Source: Tubiluchus corallicola
Taxonomy: Eukaryota > Animalia > Priapulida
Assembly (NCBI GenBank): GCA_030141605.1
Contig: JAQGDQ010000057.1
Span: 558,001-622,000, forward strand
Direction: 5' to 3'
Length of the DNA stretch: 64,000 nt
This document shows, in pieces, positions 1 to 13,900 of this stretch. Both the position numbers and the translations under genes were made by a program. The notes beneath the pieces were generated by a model. It was not told the DNA's origin and ran no database searches. It saw only the letters and a list, made by a program, of their open reading frames with translations. Positions within the stretch are counted from its first letter, which is position 1. Every line of letters starts with the position of its first letter.

Positions 1-6
1 ACTCAC

Positions 7-94
7 CACCACTTTCTTTATTCTGTACAAGAATGTCAATCTCCAGGAGTCGCCACGGTATGTTAGGCCCATCACCCATCAGCGTCAATGACAC
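7..94 (-). CDS. MED14: MED14 coding exon 8 ([29 protein letters not shown])
   Basis: ttttag acceptor, G|gtgagt donor; matches MED14 LTVMGD..PWRLL motif. Confidence 0.93.
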
Positions 95-3000
95 CTAAAA
101 TGTGCAACACTCCATTGTATCATTCATGTCATCATTGTATCACTGCATATCATCACTCTTCCAAATGTACTGCACACAATATTTTTTGAAATTAAATAGT
201 TTGAACAGGAAAAATAGTTTCACTAAACTTTAGTCGTCTTTAACTGATGATGCTAACATGTCTTCAGACAATTATTTGGCAGTCAGCGCAGAACAGCAAA
301 AATATTATGGAAATTTTTTGGAAGTTTGGTCCAAAAAAGACTACGACAGTTTTAAACATTTGCTAAGTTACTAGAACCAAAATGAGAACCTACTTCATTA
401 ACTGCCCTGAAGAAAAATTAATGCTTGAAATGTAAGAGAAAACAGGCCTGATTAATTGCAATCAACTCGCAAAAAATCAAAATAAAAACAGATGAAGAAA
501 GAACACACTCAAAACTGCCTTCCAAGTTCAAATCTGCTTCCCAAACAATATTACTGATTGATTTCACAAAACCATAAAAAACAATAAAAAAATTGACATT
601 TTTATTTTGTAAGAAATCAGACAGTCTACATAGCATAAGCAAACAAGCCTAACAATATGCCGCCGTAATATTATTAAAAGTGAAGTTTTTAATAGCCAAT
701 ATTAAGAACATGGATAATGATAATAAGATAACAATAGGACGTCAGAGGAGTTAATAAGCAAGGCAATATTAGTAGAACACCAAAAAATTATTTTGTGCTT
801 CGCAAAAATCGACACTCACCTCAAATTCATGATCGACATGAAATTTGACACGACCGTTTTCTGCAACAGAAAACCGTTTCAAATTATACACATACTTCTG
901 TCACCAAGTTTTCACATAAATTTGACTAGTGCAGGTCAATTTATTTATAAAAGCACTTGCAATACATTAACTAAAAATCAATAAAATTGCACTCTGTATC
1001 CTAGTGAAACTTGGCAGCACCTACCTATTTCAAGATTTCTCATTTGAGCTGGTAATAAGGTTGTGACTAGTCTGTATTGGATGATGTTGTTTAGCTGATT
1101 CAGCGTCGTCTGTTTCTCAGCCTCACTCACCGGATCAGGTGGAACAATTTTATCCTGCAAACAGGTAAACTTCTCATGTAATGTGACAGCAGAGACAGTT
1201 TGTTTGAGTAAAGTATAAACTTAACATAAGGTTTAAGTAGAATAAAAGCTTTAGTTAACACAGTAACTTCCACTTTAAAACGCACACTTTTAGAAAAATC
1301 AGTTGAACTACACAAAAATTCATCTAGGAATATTCAGGGTAATCCTATCAGAAACAGCAAAAAATAAAACTACTTTTAGGAACCAGCGACGAGAGGTCAT
1401 GAGAGCATCTTTCACAAAAACTAATAAAAGCAGTTTAATGTAGTAATGATCTAAATTCACTGATGTGAGTGATAGGAAATTAACCTTAATATTGTCAAAG
1501 CATTTCATTTGAGCTGTTAGTAATTTCAAAAAGAGATAAACAAAGAGGTATAAAACATACTCGAATACAAGCAGGCAAACGTGGGAATGTTCCTGTTGTC
1601 AAAACATCAACAGCTAATGGTAAGGAAAAGTTTGGTAACCTAAAAAACACATTAAATGTGAACAAACATAGTCTCCAATATCCATTGCATCTAACAAACA
1701 AACAAATTTCAAAATTTTCAATTACAGTTTTCAAGGCAAAAATTAAATAGCAGCAAAAATGTGTTTAATTAATTTAGCTTTATTTATAGAAGTTTCCACT
1801 CAAGACCGTATTCAAATATTTTTGAATAATATTTATGCGACATAATCAGGGCTATTACATTACAAGCCTATTTAGCAGCATACAAATTCTTGAGTCAAAC
1901 TTGCCATAGCAGAGGAAATCTACCCAATTTCTATTATGCAAGGAAAATATACACATCAAAAATTCCATATGTAAGTATTTAACTTGATCTAAGTGAATAG
2001 CATAGAGGAATCTCTTTACATTTGACTAAAAACAGACAAAACACCTTCACATAAAATAATACAAGTAAGAATTCTTAGTCAAATATCAAACAAGGAAATT
2101 TCATTTGTTCAGCAGTTGGTCTAACATTAATACTGAAAGATGCGATCTAGCAGTCACAGAAAATGTCTACATACTTTGTCGGTTGTCATATACAGTGCAC
2201 GATAGATGATATATGAAACTAACAAATCTAAAAAGGCTCCAGGGTATCAACCAGATTTTCTATCTACCAAAATGAAGCCGAGATTTTTAACAGCTATTGA
2301 GAAGGCTTTCTTTAGTCAATGAGTTTAAACCTGTTCAACAAAGCAGTTTACATTACAGTATATCAGGAGAGTTTGCAAACAGTTGCTGGTTCCAACAATC
2401 AAGTGACATATTAACATTGACTCACTAATACAAAGATAAATGATAAAGAAATAATTGTTTCAACGACACTTGAAATCTTGTCCACTCACTAAACAGGACA
2501 TGCTGCAAGTGACAAGCAGTGAAAATTGATTTGTAGCTAATTCTAAAGCCATTATCATTATTAGCTACACATTCAAACTTGCATAAAACAAATGAAGCAA
2601 TATAAACGACAAGCAACTAGAAAAAAAAATCTATCAAAACATAAGCGGCATAATTACCGAGCATTCACCAATTGTTCTCTAGCCATTTGTGCCAACATGT
2701 CTGCTGTATCAATAAACAACATTTCTTGCTGCTCCAAAAACATCATAATGTCCTGAAAACATTGAATTAAAGCATCAGAATCTGTAACAGAGAATTATAT
2801 GCTGTAGTGGTGCAGAAATAATATTTTTTCTGATATGAACATTAAAACTAGACAAATCAGCAACATAAGCATGGAAGCCCAAAATTACAGACATACTCCA
2901 TTAAAACGTGCAAAGAAAATATTAAAACAGAATACAGAATTAAAACAAAAAGTGAAACAATACAATTTGCTTCAGCTGACATTTATAGTCACATTTTTTA

Positions 3001-6000
3001 AAATGTCACAGTGCAAAGTCAAACACATAAGCAAACATCCAACATGAATGTTTTAGATTAGCAATAAATTGGATCAGCTTCGCCATGTGAATGGATATAT
3101 ATTGATTCGATTCATCTACACGAGGACACAATGAAATGAGAGTTGAAAATAAATAATAACATAATGATGATGACAACACTGGTGATAATGATGATCACAA
3201 TAATAATAATAAGAAGAAGAAGAAAGAAGAAGGAGAAGAAAAATTTGTATGTGCAACCAAACACAATATAATCAGTGCATGCATGACAAGGATTTCAACA
3301 CAAGTTATCAAAAAGTAATACAAAACATTCACAATTTGACAAAAATGAGAAGTATCCAACAAAAAAAAATTGAGTGCTCTAAAACACGCATGCCTTTAAA
3401 TGCACCATACTGCTACCCCTATCTTTTACACGCCGATATATTCCACAAAAACAATGGAAACAAAAATAGTTTCCACAATTACATAGTTAAACTCAAAATT
3501 AGGTTAATCTCCAGTCGAAATCATACTAAATCTCCTATAAATGCTGGCATAACAGCAGAATAATCCAAAAATCATTTACTTAAAATGACATTTTGGAAGA
3601 AATCTTTTCTGTAATCAATGGCAAATCTGCAATAAATTGCACCAAAATGAAAATAATCCTTGGCTGTACAATTGAATATGTACCAATATCTGCTATACAA
3701 ACTTTACCACTTCAAAATAACGAAAACTTTAAAGGAAAACAGGATGATTTTTCACATACTACTTCACTTTCAAGTACAGCAAAAAGTATACATTTTAATG
3801 CCATTAACACTAATAATGACATCACAAACAAACATAATTCCCAACAGCAGTTTGTGAAAGTGAAAATTGAAGTACAGCACTGCTATAAAAGATTCAGCGT
3901 GTTGTACTAAAACTTGGCATGTTGTAAGATAAAAATTCTAATTTCAAATTTACCGCAGTGCTAACGCATGAACTGTCGAAAAACAAACGAACGAACACTT
4001 CTGAAATAAGAGGTACAGCACCTATTTTTTGTGCAAAGCATTTCTGAAATGCTGGTTCTAGTGCCCGCTTAACTAGCAAAAGGCAAAATGCGTGTAACAA
4101 TGAAGAACTAGTGGTGCAGACGTGAAATTGTGTTTGTGTGTAAATAAGTCACATAAGCCATTTTTGAAAAATATTTCCGTTTAATATTTTAAAGAGTAGA
4201 TTGTTTTGACCTACAGTTTAAGATTGGATCTGGTTTTCCTTTAATATATGAAAAAATAATAAACAATTCAGCTTTTAAAAAATAACAATCATATTATGTA
4301 GTCTGTTGTAGCAATGGAACCAAAACTGAAATTACAAACCAAAACCGAAATTTACAAAACTGTGAAAATCGATACCAAAATGAAACTGTACAGAAATCAT
4401 TTTTGCTGAACCAACTACTAATTAAACTGTAAAAAGATTTATAATAAGTAAAATGTTTTTATTTTGGCTGCTTGCTTTTAATCACTCTGATAGAAACTTA
4501 ATGAAATAATTAGCCAACAAAAATTACCTTTAAATAACAGTTGAACTAGAATCCTGTAATTCAATTTATACTCAAGTTATACAAATGCAACTAGAACTAA
4601 CACCTTGGAATTCTATATTTCAAAAAATAAACAAATTTTATTTCAAATATTTTGTTGCATGTATTTCACAAGTTAAAAAATTAGGCTTGTTTTGTTCAAG
4701 TTACACTTTTATATTTCAGTTGACTGTGCCTAAAGATAATAAAACTTCACAGGCATCTGCACTGAAGACATTGCATTGCTGTAAAAGCCTGAACATTAAC
4801 TGCACACTACATGAAATTTCCGCTTTATTAGTGTTATTTTACCAAAGATTTTTAAGCAGTTTTCAACAACTAAGGATCTCGAAATAAAAAGGTAAAATGG
4901 ACAAATATTACTAAAACCTCAAAAAAATACTACCGAATGTTTCAGCTATGAAACGTAATAATTTCAAAAATGAAACTGAACCGGAAGTGAAATTACCAGC
5001 AAACAAAAACAAAAATCTTATTTCCAGGTCTCTGGTCTTTAGGGGTTATTGTGAAGTGGTAAGATTTGCATATCAGGTATTGGTGCATTTTAGCATGTAT
5101 TTTGCTCAGATATATTTTGTATATCTAGTTTGCTCAGTTTGACACAATGCTTTTAGTTTTATTAATACCAGATTCACACTGTATTTGTGGTTACAGTAAA
5201 TGCAAAAAGTAGATGAATGCGAACACACTTTACACACTCGTCGCTCTTTATAACAACATTAAGGCAATGCAAACCAACATTAATAAATAATCATTGCATC
5301 ATTTTAAGATAATCCATATTGACTTTGTGGGAAAATCAGAGGCAAAACCAAACAATAACTTATTATTGCTTGGGTTGACAAGCATCACAAGTCAAAGTCC
5401 AATACACTACGACAAAAAGTAAGTGAAGCTTACAACAAACAAAAACATACACAGAAAGATTTTGTACTTACGCTACACCTGTACACCTTAGCAGCATAAC
5501 TTGCCCATTTTACAACTGCTAGTAGACGAATGAACAACTGCCTCGTGCGACTCGCAAATTGAACAATTTCAATTTTCCTATAAACAGCAAAACAAATTTG
5601 CGCAACCCGTGGTTCCTAAACTATCACGGGGAACACCAAATCACACACGTGTGCAGGTGCTAGAACAACTGGACTTTATACATTGACAATGCAAGCTCTA
5701 GATGTAAATGTAAACATCATATAATAGCTTACTTAAGTGTATCAAATATTTAAGTAAGATGTGCTAATAGAGTAACAAGTTCTTAGATGTTTCTACAATA
5801 AAATAATGAAAATAAAAATTTTCCGTGTTTGAAAACAAACCTTTCCATGTCGCTCTTCCTTGGCAACCTGAAAAAGAAAAAGCTGATAATGCTAAAGAAA
5901 AATAGTGAAGCTGAGATTTAAGAAATGAGACACCTTATCTAAACTTACAATAAAATGGGGAAGTAAGAAGTTCAAGTGTTTGTAAGTTTTATCAACTAAC

Positions 6001-7932
6001 AGTCCAAAAAATTATACATGAAGAAAAATAATAATAAGCACTATTATACTTTCCACAAAAATATCAGAAAAATAACTGCCGAAAGCAAAATATCATTAAC
6101 TAATAAGACCTTTCACAGTTTCGTTGTGCGCATGTGCAGATACTGTAGTCAAAAGTTAAGTGTACCACAGCAACACGTCTTAACTACAACCGTTACGTGA
6201 CAAGTGGGCAAAACAAAGCCTTCTGCCACATCAGTTTGGTAACTTCAGACATTTTACGTGGACCTTACTTAACTATGCGTTAAAGTGTGTATAGAGTGAT
6301 TTACTGGCAGGATCTTGCTTGGTAACAAGAAAAAAAGTAAAGTTCTAGCTAGCTGTTAAAACTGTTACTATTACAATAGGATGGGCTGCGAGGCGTTGTC
6401 AAGTGCCCACAAATGCGTTGTCTGGAAAACTTAGCCTTTGACATTTGTTCACTACCATCATCACCACTACTGGATCTGTGAGAAATCTTATTAGATTATG
6501 ACTGCGATTGCCAGAGTTTATAAACCACTGCAATTTATTTTAACAATTATTACCAAATGTGACTAATGAGTTGTAGAAAGAAAAATTTGTCAAAATAAAC
6601 TGCAATGCTTTATAAACTCTGACATTCACAGTCATAATTTAATTAATTAATGATATAGTTAGTTGCCTGCTATTTTGAAAAAAAGTGTTGATACCGAAAG
6701 CAAAATATTTTAAACATTTTATTCCTAAAAATTCTGCATGTACTTAAAGGAAAACCGAATGATTGTGTAAAGAATAAAGAATGCTCTAAAATACTGAAAA
6801 CTACAATAGCTTTTTTTAAATCAAAGTTTAGATTAAATAATAATTACCTCGGATACTCAAATTTCGTTAAACTTTCAAAGCTACGCGCGGCTCAGTGAAT
6901 CTGCTAAGATTGGCAGCAGTGCATTTTTGTCACATTCGTGGGGCCGACAAATAGAAGGCAGTAGCGTGATAAACATAATCATGAACTGCAGTGTTAGTTT
7001 CTGACGTCATATGATGTAAAGCCCATTTTTCGTGACATCATGCATTTAAACAGTACTGCAACACTTATGCAAATGTGCTTTATATGCATGGAAACACGCC
7101 TGCCATTGCACAAACTATGGTTAGTTTCTGACGTAAGCAATAGCTGTGTTAGGTTGCCGTTAATTAACTTTCTAAGCTAATTATTCAAATATAAGGAACA
7201 AGAAACTGTATATTTTGGACAGTAAATTAAAATGAGAATGAGTCTAAACAATCGTCCGGTCTTCCTTTAATATTGCTACACATTCTGCAGGGAAGTAGAA
7301 GCTTAAGTTAGAATAAAACTTTTTTGTTTTATATAGCTTTTTACATGCTTCACCTTTTCATAGAACGATGTTTACAGAATTTGAATGAGGCATTGTTAAA
7401 AACTATTAAATAGCTTAACTTTCTCAAATAGCTATATGCTTATGTGAAACTTACTAAAAAATGTCGAAATACCAACAAAAAATCTGTAACTCTCCCAGAC
7501 TAAAATTCTGTCGCATTTTTAAGAGCTCAGTAACTTTATTTTCTGATTTCAACCTATAATATCCTCATCTTCTACTCACATCAATAAATTGTGAAAACGA
7601 AAAGCCAAAACCATAAATAAATTTAATATTTTTGGAATAAAGAACAGTTTTTTCTTACAAAAACTAAACAGAATAAAGAAAACATCTGAAAAACAGGCAC
7701 ATTTCACAGTTCGGCAAATACTGGAAATTCACAATTAAAAATCAAAAGATAATCAGTTAAAAACATCTCATTTAACTTACAGTTCAGCAAGTACTGTGAG
7801 CTCATGATAAGTTCTTTGTATGATGTAATCCACAAGAACGGCTAATGATATTCGTCCAGCCCCAGCCTGCTGAGCCGATGCGGCCACCGGAACAAGCTGA
7901 CCACCTTCGACTGTTGTCTGTATTGGGGCCAT
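7..7932 (-). CDS. MED14: Mediator of RNA polymerase II transcription subunit 14, N-terminal part (spliced; continues beyond left edge)
   Basis: Joined exons 7932-7781, 5867-5841, 5577-5472, 2752-2658, 1639-1561, 1154-1025, 860-820, 94-7 all have GT-AG borders with compatible phases. They translate to [15 protein letters not shown]...[49 protein letters not shown]...LFIDTADML...[36 protein letters not shown]...[30 protein letters not shown], recognisable as the MED14 N-terminus. Confidence 0.96.
820..860 (-). CDS. MED14: MED14 coding exon 7 ([14 protein letters not shown])
   Basis: tgcag acceptor, GAG|gtgagt donor, 41 nt, phase-compatible. Confidence 0.93.
1025..1154 (-). CDS. MED14: MED14 coding exon 6 ([43 protein letters not shown])
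   Basis: Inside ORF 978..1160; cag acceptor, G|gtaggt donor. Confidence 0.93.
1561..1639 (-). CDS. MED14: MED14 coding exon 5 ([26 protein letters not shown])
   Basis: Inside ORF 1495..1734; ttttttag acceptor, gtatgt donor. Confidence 0.94.
2658..2752 (-). CDS. MED14: MED14 coding exon 4 ([32 protein letters not shown])
   Basis: ttttcag acceptor, gtaatt donor. Confidence 0.93.
3733..4240. mobile_element. Non-autonomous DNA transposon (Kolobok-type MITE)
   Basis: TTAA flanks (3729-3732, 4241-4244) with inverted termini AGGAAAAC.../...GTTTTCCT; ~508 bp. Confidence 0.6.
5472..5577 (-). CDS. MED14: MED14 coding exon 3 ([35 protein letters not shown])
   Basis: tttatag acceptor, gtaagt donor; near-identical to the conserved MED14 helix. 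Confidence 0.95.
5841..5867 (-). CDS. MED14: MED14 coding exon 2, 27 nt (LPRKSDMER)
   Basis: ttttcag acceptor, AAG|gtttgt donor; supplies the conserved LLPRKSDxERK motif. Confidence 0.92.
6494..6640. repeat. Imperfect inverted repeat (MITE-like)
   Basis: attatgactgcgattgccagagtttataaa...tttataaactctgacattcacagtcataat, arms ~55 nt. Confidence 0.6.
6748..7266. mobile_element. Non-autonomous DNA transposon (Kolobok-type MITE)
   Basis: TTAA target duplications (6744-6747, 7267-7270); termini AGGAAAACCG / CGGTCTTCCT; ~519 bp. Confidence 0.7.
7781..7932 (-). CDS. MED14: MED14 first coding exon (MAPIQTT...HELTVLAEL)
   Basis: ATG at 7932-7930, donor CT|gtaagt. A strong acceptor (actgattactctttcag) ending at 7976 implies an upstream non-coding exon. 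Confidence 0.93.
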
Positions 7933-9749
7933 CACAGTGAACTTATTAAGTATTCTTGTTAGTATTTACCAACAACTGAAAGAGTAATCAGTAAAAGTGT
8001 AAATTTTAATGAAATATCTAAAGCACAATGATCAAGAGCTGTATTTTCCATCTCATAAATTACTGTTAATGTGACAAACAAACTTTAACTAGTACCTTAA
8101 ATAGAAAAAACTAGGAAGTTTTTCAAATAAACTTTATTTTAAGCAGTGGTAATTTATTTCTCCTGATTCTTAATATTGCTCATTATTTAAAACTCTTTTT
8201 TAATACGTTAATCATTCAGCTTTAACAATAAGTGCTGAAATTAGAACAAGACAATAATAAGTCAGCTGTCCAAAGAAAAAGCAGCTCAACTGAATTTTAC
8301 ATTAAAATGAAATGCATTCTCTTCAGATAAAGAATGGATAATTTATTTCAGGATTTTATTGCCATGTGAATAAAAAATAAAGAATTTAGTTACTGAAAAA
8401 CTATTCAAGTCTACATTACACATAGGTTAACTCTGAGTAAAACAGTTTAGTGTCCAGTTAACCAAAGTCAAAATAGTTCAAGTCCTATGCATAAAATCTT
8501 AGCCTATATTTATAAGCAAAAAGATGCAGATCCCATTATCAAAACAGTTTAAGTCCACGAAACAACCACAATCAAATTTCTAATTTGGTTCCATAGGCAA
8601 CAGCTATGGGACAAAAAATAAAAGCTATGTCCTGTTCACATGTCTTTTAAATGTAGTGAATGTCTTAGCAGGTCCCTGATCAATGACATCGATGTAGCTT
8701 ATAAAGGGTAATACACATCTTCTAGTTGATGCAGTGCGTGGCAACAGTGAAAAAGTTATGAGAAAGCAAAGTTAACTTGAATGCCTACGAGGACGTATGG
8801 CAATGTGTCAGATAGGCAGGAGAAACATTTAAGTCTTTTATATGCAGCATTTTACATTCCATAAATGACAACAACGCAAATACAGAAAACAAAAAAAATC
8901 CTGAGACAGTTAAAACTGAAGTAAAATTTGTGAAAAACCAAAAATAAAGTCTAATCTGGAAAACAGTCTTTGAAGGTTACTGAACTGCATCTTTTATTAA
9001 ATTGTCTAAATGAATGCTGCTACTATGCCAGAAGTCTTTTAAGCCAAGCAAGAGGTATCTCTGTTGCAAAAAAATCAAAAATAATTAATGTTTGATGCCA
9101 ATGATGCTTCAAAATCAAAGAATTTTTAGGTTACAGTTGCATGGAATCAAATCAATCTGCAGATCTACAGCTTGAAGCAGATTGTAAGTTGCCAAAGACT
9201 TGGAAAAATTAATTCTTACTTTGGCATTATAATAAATGAATGCAAGCATTATTTATTAAAATTTATTTTCTAAACAATTCGATATGCAGTGTTTGATATG
9301 TACTGAAAACTTCAACTGATTATCGACTAGGACTCCTAAGTTCTTTTCCTTTGCTCTGAAGGTTTCCACTAATGACTGGCATCCACTCAGATGTGGCTTC
9401 CATGTATCTTGACCCTTTGCACTCGATTAACAAATTGTGGACCACAATAGCGGTACTCCTCGTATTAATCTAAATCATAAAATATCTTGAACAAATGAGC
9501 ATGTAGCGCAAAATATAATGCTTGCAAAGTCAAAGTATATTCTAGAGATGCAGTCCGCTGATCAAGAGCATATAAGAGGTTAATTAAATGGGAGTGACAA
9601 CTCACAAATTCGTGTCGATGACTTGACAGTAAACTACTGTGTTTCACATGCTCCATTACTGCATGCTGAATCTTACAGATACTTTCTTACTTATCGTTTC
9701 CAACATATTGTTCTTATTGACACGTCCACTGAATGGCAGCCTTTATAGG

Positions 9750-10230
9750 TGGCATATCCCCAAGGATCTCTGAACAATCTACAAATACCTAAAAAAGCTG
9801 TATCTGCTTGGGAATAATGATTTCCAATGACCTCAAATGCAATTCCCATATTATTCATTGCTCTACATCACTGCAAAAGTGGATCATTGTAAAAGCAAAC
9901 CGTGGCATTAGCAAGCTCAACCACTGTGTTATATCGAGAAATACAGCTGTAGTTTTCCTCTTTATAATGATCGATGTACGTATCTTGCTGCTGACTTGGA
10001 TCCCACTTCGATTTTTCTACTCGCAAGCAGAGGTGAGACTGTAGACCTTATGAACTGCTTCAAAATGATTTTTTCCAGTCCTCACATAGTTCTTCGTGGT
10101 CATAAGTCTAAGTTATTTGCGCAACCAGATAGAATTAACTTAAATTAATTAATTAACGTTTATTGCACAAATACGTCAATTACAGATCTCACTTCTTTGG
10201 AAATCATGCAAGTTCAGCCAGAAAATCGTC
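9750..10230 (+). mobile_element. Degenerate CR1/L2-type LINE reverse-transcriptase fragment
   Basis: Broken motifs G(I)PQGS (~9750-9770), LGIMISNDLK.NSHI (ORF 9808), LRGHKSKL (~10092-10115); frameshifted. Confidence 0.55.
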
Positions 10231-10501
10231 TTCCATCATCAACGATCAGTACTTACTGCTTCGTCATTCGACAGTTTCAAAAGGCCAAAAAGGCATTTGA
10301 GAGAGGATCGCTTACAGATAGTTACCGTCTAGATCCATATCAAGGTATACTTAATAAAAATAATACGTGCAGACACAGCCAAAAAATCCACGCTGAAAAC
10401 TAAAATGATGTCACCGCAATGACTATTCACGCCCACCATAAATAAAACTGAAATAATGAAAGTGCAGAAAATGTCGCAAAATTTTGAAGTAACATACATA
10501 C

Positions 10502-10745
10502 CACCACAATTTACATGAAATTTGACTTGATGTAACCCATGTTACTTCTGAAACGACGCCATTTCAACTAAACTAGCGACGCCTATGAGAGAAAATTTTA
10601 GTTGTGATTTCAAAAATGGTGGAATACTGTAGTTTAGGCGTTCTTCACTTTAGTGCAACTTAATTCTTTAAAATTTGTAAAACAAAATTTGTCGTCATTA
10701 TGTAGCAGTGGAGTCCTTCAACAGCGGAATCGCAGTAAACACGCC
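10502..10745. promoter_or_regulatory. Putative bidirectional promoter MED14/RNF139, including probable MED14 5'UTR exon (~10570-10502, -)
   Basis: Minus-strand YY1-type AAATGGCG (10564-10557) followed by a GTG|gtatgt donor at 10501; RNF139 ATG ~180 nt away on the opposite strand; locally CpG-richer. Confidence 0.55.
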
Positions 10746-10932
10746 ATGGCGCAAGCTTGGCGGAACAATGTTCTTGGCGTCTTGAACGTTGTATTGAGAG
10801 TACCACCCCTGTTTGCTATGGATTGTATTCTGCAACGAATGAATACACAATCACCACAGGAAATGCATGACACCGAAATCAGTACAATTTCCTTTCCGAA
10901 ATATTTTGGATTATCTATTTTATATTGTTCAG
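10746..10932 (+). CDS. RNF139: RNF139 exon 1
   Basis: MAQAWRNNVLGVLNVVLRVPPLFAMDCIL...; donor CAG|gtatct, phase 1. Confidence 0.9.
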
Positions 10933-13900
10933 GTATCTAATTCAAAGTTTGTCAATCCTAGACCTCAATGGCAGCAAAATGTTTTACGACACAGTCCATA
11001 ATCATGGAGTGCCGCTGTTTCTTTTAAGAATCCATATAAATATATAGAGATGAATATAGAATCCAAAGAAGAATGGAGAGGTTTATAAGTTATTTATCAG
11101 CTTAACCTCTATCCTCCAACGGTAATGGTAAAACTTATGATACAAAATCAGGTTATATTTTTATCTCCAAGTCCAAATATAAAAAAAATATACCCGTATG
11201 TAGCAAAAAAACAGAAGAACCCTTCAAAAGTTAAAAGTGTGCTAAAGAATGCTTTTAGCAGATTCCCCCCAGTGCCCATTTGAAACAAATCGATATTGGG
11301 AGCATTAGCATCATTGCTAGATTCAGTAGATTGTTCCATTTCTGAACAACATGGTTAGAGAAAAAGCCTTTTGTTATATTTGTACATGAATACTGAACAT
11401 ACAATTTTTTACTCATAACCATGCAACTCTCTGTGGGGATTTTCGAAAAATTCATTCGAATCATTCAAGACTGACCTCATTGTTTAAACTGAGATTGGTG
11501 GCAACACATATACATTTCATTTTTGAACCTTTTCCGTCTTTTATTTATAAAATACGTACTACAGTATCCAAACAACAGCAGCATGCTCCAGCAAAAGGTA
11601 GAAGGATTAAATTTTTTGCAACAGTGCATTAATTTTTTGTGTAGTCTATAATGGGTATTATTGTTGATTATTATTATTATGTTATCATACATCCCCATAA
11701 TAAAAATACCCACTTTCACTTTGCATTATAAAAATATTAATATTTAAGCTCTAACTAATTAAGAAACAATTATTGATTTTACGAAGCCTAAACATACACA
11801 CTGTAACTTTGCAAGGAAAAGCCTTGAAAATTTAAAGTCTTCGAAGCAGTACTAATTATATATTAATATTTAAGCTCTAACTAATTAAGAAATAATTATT
11901 TATTTTACAAAGCCTAAACATACACACTGTAACTTTGCAAGGAAAAGCCTTGAAAATTTAGTCTTCGAAGCAGTACTAATTATGAGCTTTAGTGTGAAAA
12001 TGCTTAAATCACAATAGATGTACTAACAATACTTACTAGCCGTATTTTCCCACAGGAAGAAATTTGAATCAGATACGTAGCTGAGGTTAGATGGCTTACT
12101 AAGACATACAAAACAACGGACAATCAAGAAACAGTATGCTGTAGGTTTTGGAAAACGTGATACGGTGTAGATGCTGAGAGAGCGGAAAGAGATATTGGCA
12201 ACAATAGAAATTGCACTTTTTAAACAAAACTCCTCCTATGGCCTTGGTAAAATATTTTTTTCCACAAGTACTTAGGCAGAGTGGAGTCGATGTGTGCCTG
12301 GGGTTTTATAATGCTGGGTTTCTTTTGGGGCCCGAGACAGGAGACAAAACGTGAAAAATTAAGGCAAATAGCTTGGTCACTGAGCTGTTACAGTATTGGA
12401 CTAGGGGTCTATGGTTTTAATTATATGGGTAGTCAGGTAAGGGTAGATGTATATTTAATATTTTTCAGAATATGGGCTTGGCTACGTCACGATAAAGTGT
12501 TAAAACAGGCTTTTGCCAGTACAGTAAGCCCTTGCTTAGCAACTCCCCACTTAGTGACATTTCGTTTTAACAACGATAATCGTTCAATACCTTCTTTTGC
12601 TTAACGTCGCATGTTTTGTTTTAACGACAATTTTTTTACCTTACTTTAAACACTGAAATCTTATTTACTGCGCTTGTACTCTATCAAGAAGCCTGCCATT
12701 TAACCCAGACCACTGTAGCGCCACTAAACCAACAGCAGGCAATCAGATATAGCTATAGGCAGGCCGCGATGATTCCTTGTTTTCAAAAATCTAAATAAAA
12801 TTTTCCTTGATAAAATGCAAGAGTTTCAGCTGATAAAACTCTCCTGTCGCATAGTTAACTGCTGTGTTCACCTCATTTGCATCTTAGCTGCCACAAACAC
12901 GATGCTAGTAATATTAGTAATATTTTAATTAAAGAAACGCTGTAAAACTGTAAGCAATAAACCATATTTAAAGTGTTTAATTTATGAACCAAGCGTTATT
13001 AATTTTTCTCTTGCAAGATAAATGAAACTTTTAACACAGCCATGCTCAGTGGTTTTTGCCCTGCTGCAAGCAACTGAACCTTTTTACATAGCCAAGCACT
13101 ATTGATTTTTGCTCCTGGAGCACAACTGAATGCTTTTACATCATTTCTTATGGAAAGCAATGTTTTGTTTAGTGACATTTCGCTTAACGACTCGTTTTAG
13201 GTGGAACGCATTAGCGTTGTTAAGCGAAGACTTACTGTAACTGGAAAAGTAAACTGGAATTGACAAACTTGCAGGATAGTTACCTGGGGTACAGGGTCAT
13301 ACAAAGGCCCGTTGACTTTGGGTCAAAGGGTCAAAGTCAGTATCAGTTTTTCCATAGTTTCTATCACTTCCTAGTTCTTGTTATGTTGCTAGGTGGTATC
13401 TAGTTCTTGCGATTGGCTGAATATGAGTCATTTCGATATAGTGTACAAGTTCTTAAGCTTTATTTATTATGCAAGTGGAGTACTTTATCAAGTGATTTGT
13501 TGGCAAATATTTGAGAAATACTGTAGAGCTTTCACGCTTCCATTAAGTAATCCTACTAACACTTTTGTTTGTATTGTATTTTTAGGTATTACAGCAAGTG
13601 TGGTGATGTTTTTGCTAGACACTGTGCAGCTTTTAGAGGCGTACATGTGGTGTGTAACAGTTGGCATTCTCTTTCTGTCTGGCTGGTGGAACAACATGTG
13701 AGACATTTTAAAGTGTTCTGTTAATTTTAAAGTTGGTTAATATAAACTGCAAGGTGGTGTTAAACGGCTTAAATGTTATATTATAAAATAACAATGAAAT
13801 GTTGCAGTATGAGGGACTGGCCGTTGATGCAACTTTTTAGGTCAGTCGTTTAAGTCTTAGAAGCCTGAAGTGTATCTATTTATTCCATTTGTCCAGGCAC

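Noticed and set aside
10933-10940. Possible U12-type intron donor (GTATCT) in RNF139
   Set aside because: U12 consensus is GTATCCTT. Here it is GTATCTAA, with no TCCTTAAC branch site seen before the acceptor.
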